The notes under the pieces: generated by a model
Database searches by the model: none
Seen by the model: the letters and a program-made list of their open reading frames with translations, nothing else
What the model was told of the DNA's origin: nothing
Position numbers and translations under genes: made by a program
Assembly (NCBI GenBank): GCA_020635855.1
Contig: JACJYZ010000004.1
Span: 238,020-302,019 of the forward strand
DNA: 64,000 nucleotides
DNA from: Flavobacteriales bacterium
GTDB lineage: Bacteria > Bacteroidota > Bacteroidia > JACJYZ01
Direction: 5' to 3'
Shown: piece after piece, positions 37,935 to 46,687 of the stretch
How positions within the stretch are numbered: the first letter of the stretch is position 1
How the letters are laid out: the number at the start of each line of letters is the position of its first letter

Positions 37935-40348
37935 TGCCTGTCCATGGGTTTTGTGGCAACCAGCGATATCACCGTTTTCCGGTTGGCTTCCCTGGCTTTG
38001 CCACTGGATTTGATCTCACCGTGCCAGGCCACCATGATCCGTTCCTTGGGTATTCCCAGATTAACAAGGAATTGCTGAACCGTTACCGATCTTTGGCGCG
38101 ACAGTTCCTGGTTGGCTTCAGGTGTACCCACGTCATCCGTGTAGCCTTCCACCCGAATCAGGAAATCGGGATGGCTGACCACAACCTTCACCAGTTTCTT
38201 GAGATCTTCCCTGTAATGATTGGATATCGTTGCCTGACCGGTTTCATAAAACACCGTGATCCGCGTGAGCCCGTCGTAGCGAACTTCCTCCACGTACCGT
38301 TCCGGATCATCGGCATCGAAAGGTGTGGTATAGATGGTATCCTCACCTATCACATATGGAATCAGCTTGTCGCCATACAGGTACTTGCTGTCAACGGGAT
38401 CTCTCGATACAATTTCATCCACATGCTGCAATGCGATGCTGTCCGTGGTCTCGAAGATCTGGTCGATGGTAGCCAGCAAGGGTGAATAGCGCATGTCCTG
38501 CACATTCACGATGCTGCCGGAATCCTGCACCAATTGATCAACAGCCTCGTCCAGGCTGGAAAGCCCGGTGGAATCAATCTGATTGATGAGTTTCTCCAAA
38601 AGATCCAGCAAAGGGTCATAGTCTTTGCTGTTATAGGTACTGTACTGCACGTCCATCGTGGAGGTATCGGGCAGATGCGTGCGAACATCATAAAAAGTAT
38701 TGCGAATGGAGAGTTGCTCCCCGATGATCGTATCCTGCCGGTTCGGATCATCGGTGGATTTGATATCACTCAGGTGGATCTCCTGGTAAAGCTCATAAAA
38801 GTATTTCTGTTGCGGAACATAGATGTTGATCAGGTGAGGGGTATAGCCTTCGGCCTCCACCACCATGTCGTAGTTTTTCCCTGGCGGGAAGATCATCAGG
38901 TACTTTCCAGTTTTGGGATTCGGGTTGTACACGTAGTGTAGTTTCCTGTTGGTTTCACGATCAATCACGTTGATTTTCGCCGCCACCGGTTTGGCCGGAT
39001 CGCCGGCGGTAATAACACCCCTGATCAGGGTGAGGGGGATTGATTCGGAAGGCATCCTCATGGAATAAAGGTCCAGGTCGCCGAATCCGCTGCGCCGGTT
39101 GGAAGCGAAGTATCCGTTGCGGCCATTGGCAGAAACCACAAAGTAAACATCATCGCCTGTGGAATTGATCGGGTAGCCCAGGTTCACCGGAACCGACCAT
39201 TCGGTGTGCATTTTCTTGGCTTTGAAAACATCGTACCCACCCATTCCCCGATGGCCTTTTGAAGAGAAATACAAAGTCTTTTGATCTGGATGGATGAAGG
39301 GAGCATCCTCGTCTTCGGGTGTATTCACCATCGGGCCCAGGTTGATGGGTTTCGACCACTTGTCGTCTCCCAAACGCTCCACCTTGTAAATGTCTTTGCC
39401 ACCATAACCACCAGGCCTGTTGCTGGAGAAATAGATGGTGTTCTCATCGGGTGTGATGCTGGCACTTCCTTCCCAAAAATTGGAACTGATGTGGTTGATC
39501 TTTTCCGGTGCAGACCAGGTGGAATCCGCCTGTGCCACGCAGAGGTATATATTGCCGGCACGCCTGCTGCCTTTGTAGATCATCAGTTTCTGACCATCGG
39601 CGTACATACCCACGGATCCGAAATTGCCTTTTTCATTCCCATCAAACTGAAGCAGGGAAGGAACCGACCAGGTGGAGTCTTTTCGATATGAAATGTAGAT
39701 CCTTTCGTCTTGTTGTTCCTTGGAAAACTTGTCCATGATGGACTGTCTTTCTGTGGCTGTAAAGATCAGGATACGCTCATCTGCGGAGATCACCGGACTG
39801 TGTTCCGCCCAGGGAGAATTAACCACCAAGCCCAGGTTCTTCACCTCAACAGCCACCGAATCAGCGATCAGATCTATGGCTGCTTCAGTTGTGTTGATGT
39901 GTTTCCAGATGAATTCCTTCTTGCCCTTGTCCGCATCTTCGGGAAGTCCGCTCATGTATGACTGGTAACATTCCATGGCCTTGGAAAACTTCTGCTGGTA
40001 GTGATACAGTTCACCCAGGTACACCCACGCTTCGGCCGGCACATTGTCGCCGATATGTTTCACCGCTTTCTCCAGGTAAGGGATGGCTTTTTCTTTTTCA
40101 AGCTCCGACTTGTTATAACATAGACCTATCTGGTAACAGAAGAGCGGATCGTTCTTGATGGTTTTGTCCTGAATACGCTTGAAGAGCGGGAGCGCTTCCG
40201 CATACTCACCTTTGTCAAAGGCAACCCTGGCATCTTTCAGCAGCTTTTCGTCCTGACCGTTTTGGGCAAAGACAGGAGCACACAGTAACATGCATCCATA
40301 TGCCACTGCCATCAGGCGTAAAAGAAACAACTTGGGATTCGGGGTCAT
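37931..40348 (-). CDS. PorE-like OmpA-family protein: N-terminal TPR, TolB-type beta-propeller repeats, C-terminal OmpA peptidoglycan-binding domain
   Basis: Signal peptide. TPR (AEALPLFKRIQDK...). Repeated propeller blades (TPDENTIYFSSNRPGGYGGKDIY, HPDQKTLYFSSKGHRGMGGYDVF). OmpA_C motif (VEGYTDDVGTPEANQELSRQRSVTV). Confidence 0.8.
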   Translation of the reverse strand: MTPNPKLFLLRLMAVAYGCMLLCAPVFAQNGQDEKLLKDARVAFDKGEYAEALPLFKRIQDKTIKNDPLFCYQIGLCYNKSELEKEKAIPYLEKAVKHIGDNVPAEAWVYLGELYHYQQKFSKAMECYQSYMSGLPEDADKGKKEFIWKHINTTEAAIDLIADSVAVEVKNLGLVVNSPWAEHSPVISADERILIFTATERQSIMDKFSKEQQDERIYISYRKDSTWSVPSLLQFDGNEKGNFGSVGMYADGQKLMIYKGSRRAGNIYLCVAQADSTWSAPEKINHISSNFWEGSASITPDENTIYFSSNRPGGYGGKDIYKVERLGDDKWSKPINLGPMVNTPEDEDAPFIHPDQKTLYFSSKGHRGMGGYDVFKAKKMHTEWSVPVNLGYPINSTGDDVYFVVSANGRNGYFASNRRSGFGDLDLYSMRMPSESIPLTLIRGVITAGDPAKPVAAKINVIDRETNRKLHYVYNPNPKTGKYLMIFPPGKNYDMVVEAEGYTPHLINIYVPQQKYFYELYQEIHLSDIKSTDDPNRQDTIIGEQLSIRNTFYDVRTHLPDTSTMDVQYSTYNSKDYDPLLDLLEKLINQIDSTGLSSLDEAVDQLVQDSGSIVNVQDMRYSPLLATIDQIFETTDSIALQHVDEIVSRDPVDSKYLYGDKLIPYVIGEDTIYTTPFDADDPERYVEEVRYDGLTRITVFYETGQATISNHYREDLKKLVKVVVSHPDFLIRVEGYTDDVGTPEANQELSRQRSVTVQQFLVNLGIPKERIMVAWHGEIKSSGKAREANRKTVISLVATKPMDRQ

Positions 40349-40368
40349 GCAGAGGGTGGGATGGGGCT

Positions 40369-41718
40369 TTAGTGCTGGGATGATTTTTCAGCCTGTAACA
40401 TACGATACAGGGTTGATTTACCAATGTCCAGTTTTTTGGCTACAAGCAATACATTTTGATCATAGCGTTCAAGGTAATGCTTTATGATCATTTCCGTGTA
40501 TTGCTTAAGCGTCATATTATCTTCCAATAATGATTTCGGAGAACGCATGGCATCCAGGTTCAGGTCCGATGCTTCCAGTACATCTCCATTGCTCATGACC
40601 GCAGCCAATTCAACGGAAGCCTTTAATTCACGGATGTTACCCGGGAACCCGTATGCCATTAGTTTTTGTTGTGCTTCCGGAGAAATGGTCATTTTCTTCA
40701 GGTTGTTTTCCTTGCAAAAGGTATCCAGGTAATGGCGCGCGATCAATATGATATCATTTCCCCTATCCCGCAAAGGAGGTAACTGAACGGGTAAGCCCAG
40801 AAGCCGGTAAAACAAATCTTCCCGGAAGCGCCCTGCCTTCACCTCTTCGAGCAGGTTCCGGTGGGTGGCCACCAGCACACGTACATCCACTTTCACTACT
40901 TCATTGCCACCTATGCGTGTGATCTCTTTTTCCTGGAGTACCCTCAACAACTTCGCCTGCATGTTCAGGTCCATCTCTCCGATCTCATCCAGGAAGATGG
41001 TACCCTGATGGGCTTCTTCAAATTTACCGATCCGCCTGGTATGTGCACCTGTAAAGGAGCCTTTCTCATGGCCGAACAATTCGCTTTCCATCAGATCCGC
41101 GGGGATTGCGGTCACATTCACCGCAACAAACGGTTTCTTTTTGCGGGAAGAATTATAGTGGATGGCTTTTGCAACCAATTCCTTTCCCGTTCCGGTTTCG
41201 CCGGTGATGGAAACCGTGATGTTGGTTTCCGCAGCTTTCTTAATCAATTGATGGATTTTGTGAATGGCGTCGCTGTCGCCAATGATGTTCTTATCCGCCA
41301 CATATTTCTTCTCCACCTCTTCCTGAAGGTGATGTACCTGTTCCAATAATTCCTGCTTTTGGGAAATGTTGGATAACGTGATCCACAAACGATCCTTGGT
41401 GGAATCATCTTTCACCACATAATCAAACGCCCCGCTTCTCAGCAGTGAAACAGCGGTTGAAATATCTTCCTGGGCGGATACGATCACCACATCCGTTTCC
41501 GGGCTGGTAGAACGAATACGTTCAAGGATCTGTGCACCTGTGGTACCGGGCAGGTTATAATCAAGCGTGACCACCTCAGGTTTTTTCGGAAGTGCCTTAT
41601 ATAAGGAAGGCGCGTCATGAAAGATCGTTACCTCATGATCGGGATTCAGCAGAATCAAATGCTGAAGGAACCGTGCGTAGACGGGATCGTCTTCTACAAT
41701 GAAAATTCTCATAACCAA
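40369..41718 (-). CDS. Sigma-54-dependent response regulator (NtrC family: REC + AAA+ sigma54 activator + Fis-type HTH)
   Basis: REC (IVEDDPVYARFL). Walker A GETGTGKE and GAFTGA (GSFTGA) motif. C-terminal HTH. Confidence 0.9.
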   Translation of the reverse strand: MVMRIFIVEDDPVYARFLQHLILLNPDHEVTIFHDAPSLYKALPKKPEVVTLDYNLPGTTGAQILERIRSTSPETDVVIVSAQEDISTAVSLLRSGAFDYVVKDDSTKDRLWITLSNISQKQELLEQVHHLQEEVEKKYVADKNIIGDSDAIHKIHQLIKKAAETNITVSITGETGTGKELVAKAIHYNSSRKKKPFVAVNVTAIPADLMESELFGHEKGSFTGAHTRRIGKFEEAHQGTIFLDEIGEMDLNMQAKLLRVLQEKEITRIGGNEVVKVDVRVLVATHRNLLEEVKAGRFREDLFYRLLGLPVQLPPLRDRGNDIILIARHYLDTFCKENNLKKMTISPEAQQKLMAYGFPGNIRELKASVELAAVMSNGDVLEASDLNLDAMRSPKSLLEDNMTLKQYTEMIIKHYLERYDQNVLLVAKKLDIGKSTLYRMLQAEKSSQH

Positions 41719-41945
41719 AAATGAAATGGTTCGGGAGTAGCCCTTGCCCTTTGTCCATTTCTACGCAAAAAGGGCATCCGGGTTTCCCATACCGGTAAAA
41801 TGCGTCCCAATTTGGGAAATATTTTCAACCGTGCCAAAATTTTTACCATTGATTTTCAGATAGTTACAACCTTTTTCGGGGCTTGGCATCATTCTTCGCT
41901 ATGGGTATGGCACACAGCGATAACAACCTAAAAAAATATACGATC

Positions 41946-42155
41946 ATGAGCCACAAACAAATCATACTGAAAGTCCTGATGCGCTACCAGAACCTGCTTC
42001 ATGAAAGCACCATCCAAAAGACACTTGTAGATGTTTTAAAGGATAAAGGACTCAGAGAATCTTTCGCAGAAGACCTCTGCCACGAGATCAGCATCAACAT
42101 GGAATCTGAACAAAGGCAAGTTGTTTCGACGGTAAACAGAATCTGCCTGAACTAG
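41946..42155 (+). CDS. Hypothetical small protein
   Basis: Short ORF (MSHKQIILKVL...) in a 580-bp gap. Start chosen at the internal Met. Weak support. Confidence 0.25.
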   Translation: MSHKQIILKVLMRYQNLLHESTIQKTLVDVLKDKGLRESFAEDLCHEISINMESEQRQVVSTVNRICLN

Positions 42156-42323
42156 AAAACGTTCTCCCAGTGCCCGGCTACAGCTAGTCCCAATGACCTT
42201 CCTTAACCATGCCCAAGCTCGCCGGGCACTTACCTCTTACTTTGCTCCAGTTCTCCCGGGCCCATCCTCACGGATGGGCCTCTCCTTTTATGGTCCTTGG
42301 CGAGTTTGTGTACTTTTGCACAC

Positions 42324-43493
42324 ATGGCCGGAGTCAATCCGATATACCTCGACTACAACGCAACCACACCGGTGGCACCGGAAGTACTGGATGCCATGCT
42401 TCCGTTTTTCACCGATACATTCGGGAATGCCGCCAGCAGAACCCATCGTTGGGGATGGGTGGCTGAGAAAGCGGTTGAAGAAGCCCGCACACAAGTTGCC
42501 ACCATGCTGAACTGCGAACCGCAGGAAATCATCTTTACATCGGGCGCCACCGAATCACTCAACCTCGCCATCCAGGGGGTTGTTCGTGCCTATGCATCCA
42601 AAGGTAACCACCTGGTGGTTCTGACCACCGAACATGCTGCCGTACTGGACACATGCAGGTTCCTTGAATCCACCGGTTTTGAAATCACCTGGTTGCCTGT
42701 GAACAGAAACGGACAGGCGGACCTGCAACTATTGGAGGAATCCATCCGCCCGGATACCGTACTCGTTTGTGCCATGCATGCCAACAATGAAACCGGTGTG
42801 ATATCAGATATTTCTTCAATTGCCCGCATTGTTCACGAAAAAGGTAGTTTGCTGTGTTCGGATACCACCCAGTCTGTGGGAAAGATTCCTTTGGATGTGA
42901 AGGCAAACGGTATGGACCTGGCTACAATCTCCGCACATAAAATATATGGGCCAAAAGGGATCGGTGCCCTCTACATCGGTAGGAAAAACCCCAGGGTAAC
43001 ACTCAAACCACTGTTACACGGAGGAGGCCATGAACGCGGTTTGCGATCCGGAACATTGAATGTACCTGGTATCATCGGATTGGGGAAAGCATGCCAGCTT
43101 GCGACGGACTTTATGCAAACAAATGGAACCCGGCTGAGGATGATGCGCGACCGATTGGAAAATGAACTGCTCTCCCTCGGAATTGTTTCCATCAACGGAA
43201 AACGTGCCGACAGACTGCCGCAGGTATCCAACTTTGCGGTGGAAGGTCTCCAGGCTGATCGGTTGATCAAGGCGCTGCCTCATATCGGCATGGCTACCGG
43301 TTCGGCATGTACATCCGCTTCACCCAAACCTTCACATGTGCTAACAGCCATGGGAATGAATGAAAGGGAGGCCCGATCGTCAGTAAGGATCAGCCTGGGA
43401 AATCCCACCACCGAAGCCGAACTTGAAATTGTTATCCGCGATCTGAAATCCACCCTTCTGAAACTCACCAACCATGAAAACCCGATCGGATAA
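42324..43493 (+). CDS. Cysteine desulfurase (class V aminotransferase, IscS/NifS family)
   Basis: IYLDYNATTPV, PLP-binding SAHKIYGPKGIGALY and active-site loop ATGSACTS. The start may be 42297 or 42324. Confidence 0.85.
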   Translation: MAGVNPIYLDYNATTPVAPEVLDAMLPFFTDTFGNAASRTHRWGWVAEKAVEEARTQVATMLNCEPQEIIFTSGATESLNLAIQGVVRAYASKGNHLVVLTTEHAAVLDTCRFLESTGFEITWLPVNRNGQADLQLLEESIRPDTVLVCAMHANNETGVISDISSIARIVHEKGSLLCSDTTQSVGKIPLDVKANGMDLATISAHKIYGPKGIGALYIGRKNPRVTLKPLLHGGGHERGLRSGTLNVPGIIGLGKACQLATDFMQTNGTRLRMMRDRLENELLSLGIVSINGKRADRLPQVSNFAVEGLQADRLIKALPHIGMATGSACTSASPKPSHVLTAMGMNEREARSSVRISLGNPTTEAELEIVIRDLKSTLLKLTNHENPIG

Positions 43494-44100
43494 TAAAGAA
43501 GTGATCAGGGAGGTGGCTTTTGTGAAAAGCAGCAGCCACGTAAATCAGTGTCCGGACACACATCAACCTGAATTTGCTTTCATCGGAAGATCCAACGTTG
43601 GGAAATCATCATTGATCAATATGATCTGCGGGAGAAAGAACCTGGCCAAAACCTCAGGGAAACCGGGAAAGACCAAACTGATCAATCACTTTCTCATCAA
43701 CAACGAATGGTTCCTGGTAGACCTTCCTGGATACGGGTATGCCAGCGTAAGCAAAAAAGAACGTAACGCCTGGCCGGTTATGATCAACAAATACCTGGGC
43801 GAACGCGAAAACCTTTGCAACCTTTTCGTGCTGATTGATTCACGCATATCTCCGCAAGCCATCGACCTTGAATTCATTCATTCGGTGGGAGAAGCCGGTA
43901 TTCCCATGTCGTTGGTATTTACCAAGGCGGATAAACTCAAACCGGCAGAACTCAAGCGCAATGTGCACACCTTCCTGCAAACGATGAAGCAGACCTGGGA
44001 ACAGCTACCACCGCATTTCATCACCTCTTCCCAAAACGGGACAGGCCGGAATGAACTGCTCACGTATGTAGACAGCGTGGTGCAGGATATGGCCGGATAA
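43474..44100 (+). CDS. engB: Ribosome biogenesis GTP-binding protein YihA/EngB
   Basis: PEFAFIGRSNVGKSSLIN (G1), DLPGYG (G3), TKADK (G4). 20-nt overlap with the upstream gene, so the exact start is uncertain. Confidence 0.85.
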   Translation: MKTRSDNKEVIREVAFVKSSSHVNQCPDTHQPEFAFIGRSNVGKSSLINMICGRKNLAKTSGKPGKTKLINHFLINNEWFLVDLPGYGYASVSKKERNAWPVMINKYLGERENLCNLFVLIDSRISPQAIDLEFIHSVGEAGIPMSLVFTKADKLKPAELKRNVHTFLQTMKQTWEQLPPHFITSSQNGTGRNELLTYVDSVVQDMAG

Positions 44101-44112
44101 CCCCCCGGCCAT
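44089..44112 (+). terminator. Hairpin (atggccgg/ccggccat, 8-bp stem) spanning the engB stop codon; weak U-tract
   Basis: Direct reading. Only TT follows the stem. Confidence 0.3.
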
Positions 44113-44177
44113 TTGATATGTAACCCGGTATTTCTACATTTACAACATCAAGTTGTGTATCTCTGTATTCCTGACCC

Positions 44178-46277
44178 ATGAAAAGATTCTTACCCCAGGT
44201 TCTGGCGTTGTGCCTATTAATTATGCATCCGGTTGTCGCGCAAGAGTATTATCCATGTGGGACATGGGAGGCCGTGCGAAAATCATTGACTGAACATCCC
44301 GAGTTGGCGCAAATGCAGGAACAATTGGAAGCCTTCACAGCCGATTGGGTGAAAGCACATCCTCCTTCATCCAAGCGCTCCAACGGCACACCCCTGTACA
44401 TCATTCCGGTGGTGATTCACATCATTCACAACTACGGCACCGAGAACTTTCCCGACGCACAGGTGTATGATGCCATCCGGATCATCAACGAAGATTTCCA
44501 GAAAAGGAATTACGACACAACCTCGGTCAGTCCCAGCTTTAAGAACCTGATCGCCGATGTTCAGGTAGCGTTCAGGCTGGCGCAGATTGATCCGAACGGA
44601 AACTGTACCAACGGCATTACACGCACCGCATCGGTCATCACCTACAATGCCGACAATGACGTTGCCATCAAATCGCTGGTGGTATGGAACACGAGCATGT
44701 ACCTCAACGTTTGGGTGGTTAACAACATACCGGGTGCCGGCGGATATGCCTACTATCCCGGCACTACCCAACCGTCCAGGGAAGGAATCGTGATCCGGAA
44801 TACGCAGTTCGGAAGCATTCTCACCAGCCTCAGCGGAAACCTGTCTGCGCGATCCCTCACACATGAAGTCGGTCACTATTTCAACCTCCGGCACACATGG
44901 GGAGATTCGAATACACCGGGCGAGGCCGGTAACTGTAACACCGATGACCTGGTAGACGACACACCGAATACCATGGGTGCGAACTTAACCTGCGATCTCA
45001 ATGAGGTTACATGCGGCAGTCTCGACAATGTGAACAATTACATGGATTATTCAGGATGCGGCAGAATGTACACGGAAGGACAAAAAACCAGGATGGATGC
45101 GGCCCTCAACAGCACCGTTGGCTCCAGAAGCAATTTGTGGAGCAATACCAACCTGATTGCCACCGGTACAAACGACGGGTATGTGGGTTCTGTTTGCGCA
45201 CCCATAGCTGATTTCCGGCCTACGGTTCGTTTCCTTTGCGCGGGTGACTCCATTTCATTCAGCCACACGTCATGGAATGCCACAGCCGATAGCATCACCA
45301 CCGAATGGACATTTCAGGGGGGCACCCCCGGCAGCAGCCAGCTTGAAAATCCTTTTGTGCTTTACAACACACCCGGCGTATACGATGTCAAAGTGAAGGT
45401 ATCCACATCAGGTGGGGCAGACAGCATCCTGTCAACAGGCATTGTGCATGTGATGGAGGATACCGCCCAGATGAAAGCGCCGGCGGCCCAGGACTTCCAA
45501 TCGATTTCTTTTCCCGACGCGAACTGGTTCAACCTGAGCGAAAGTGTTTCTGCCAATGAATGGACACTGACAACGGCTGCATCCGTCAGCGGAGACAAGA
45601 GTATTCGCATCGACAACTACAACAAGGGAAGCGAAGCCGAAGAGTCGTCATTTGTGACGCCTACTTTCGATATCAGCGGCCTGACATTACCCAACCTGAC
45701 ATTCCAGCTGGCTTATGCCCAACGCACATCTTCCGATGGAGACAAATTGCAGGTATATGCCAGCACAGATTGTGGCAAAACCTGGAAGCTGCGGTACACG
45801 AAATCCGGTTCGCTCCTGAACACGGCCTCCGGAGTCAAAGCGAGTAGCTTCGTTCCCAATGCCAGCGAGTGGCGGGAGGAAACCATCAGCCTGAACTATG
45901 CGGTAGGTGCCTCCAGCATCCGTTTCAAATTCGCCTTCACCAGCAACCTGGGTAACAACATCTATATCGACGATATCAACGTAGATGGAGTCAACGGCAT
46001 CAATGATGCATTCGAACGTTCACTGGGATTGCAACTCTACCCGAATCCTACAGGAGATGCTTCCTATCTTTCATTCAAACTGGAAGGTAACCGGGAAGTA
46101 GAGATATGGACCACGGACCTTACCGGAAAGCGGGTTGCATTGAATATGCCATCAACAAATATGGCCTCCGGTATACATGGAATGTGGCTTGCCAATGAAG
46201 GCACCGGCGGTGTGTACCTGATCCACGTAAGGGTAGACCACCGTGTGGTTGTGCGGAAATGGATGAAGATTTATTGA
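44178..46277 (+). CDS. Secreted M43-family (cytophagalysin/pappalysin-like) zinc metalloprotease with a T9SS type-A C-terminal sorting domain
   Basis: Signal peptide. HEVGHYFNLRHTWGD zinc-binding motif. C-terminal LYPNPTGD... Por-secretion tail. Confidence 0.8.
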   Translation: MKRFLPQVLALCLLIMHPVVAQEYYPCGTWEAVRKSLTEHPELAQMQEQLEAFTADWVKAHPPSSKRSNGTPLYIIPVVIHIIHNYGTENFPDAQVYDAIRIINEDFQKRNYDTTSVSPSFKNLIADVQVAFRLAQIDPNGNCTNGITRTASVITYNADNDVAIKSLVVWNTSMYLNVWVVNNIPGAGGYAYYPGTTQPSREGIVIRNTQFGSILTSLSGNLSARSLTHEVGHYFNLRHTWGDSNTPGEAGNCNTDDLVDDTPNTMGANLTCDLNEVTCGSLDNVNNYMDYSGCGRMYTEGQKTRMDAALNSTVGSRSNLWSNTNLIATGTNDGYVGSVCAPIADFRPTVRFLCAGDSISFSHTSWNATADSITTEWTFQGGTPGSSQLENPFVLYNTPGVYDVKVKVSTSGGADSILSTGIVHVMEDTAQMKAPAAQDFQSISFPDANWFNLSESVSANEWTLTTAASVSGDKSIRIDNYNKGSEAEESSFVTPTFDISGLTLPNLTFQLAYAQRTSSDGDKLQVYASTDCGKTWKLRYTKSGSLLNTASGVKASSFVPNASEWREETISLNYAVGASSIRFKFAFTSNLGNNIYIDDINVDGVNGINDAFERSLGLQLYPNPTGDASYLSFKLEGNREVEIWTTDLTGKRVALNMPSTNMASGIHGMWLANEGTGGVYLIHVRVDHRVVVRKWMKIY

Positions 46278-46621
46278 GCATCCTCCGGCTTCGAGAAACC
46301 GCTCTTGTCAGCAAAGTGTGCGCAATAATCGCGCAGGTCTTCTGCCAGATTTCTCTCACCCGTCGCTTTTTCCAGGGTATCGGCAAGTGAAAGCAAGGTC
46401 TGGAACATGAACACCTTCATGTCATCCACCAACATATCTTTCGTCCACAGATCTATTCTCATGGCATTGCCATCCTGAGGGTCCCACATGGACATGATCA
46501 TGGCTTTGGCGCTTTGCTCGTTCTCCATATCGGCATCCGTTGCTTGCCAGCTAATGGTATCCGGCACCTGGTTTTCATCCAGTCCAACTTTAACAGTGAT
46601 CTGTGACTCTTTCTTCTTCAT
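46271..46621 (-). CDS. gldC: Gliding motility protein GldC-like
   Basis: 116-aa protein with the pattern LDENQVPD...WQATD...AKAMIMSMWD...MRIDLWTKDMLVDDMK, recalled as characteristic of GldC. Assignment from memory. Confidence 0.6.
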   Translation of the reverse strand: MKKKESQITVKVGLDENQVPDTISWQATDADMENEQSAKAMIMSMWDPQDGNAMRIDLWTKDMLVDDMKVFMFQTLLSLADTLEKATGERNLAEDLRDYCAHFADKSGFSKPEDAQ

Positions 46622-46687
46622 GGCGCAAATGTAAAAAGAAACGGCCGGGCAGATGCCGGCCGTTCGGATTTCTTCGCGGGAAATGTT

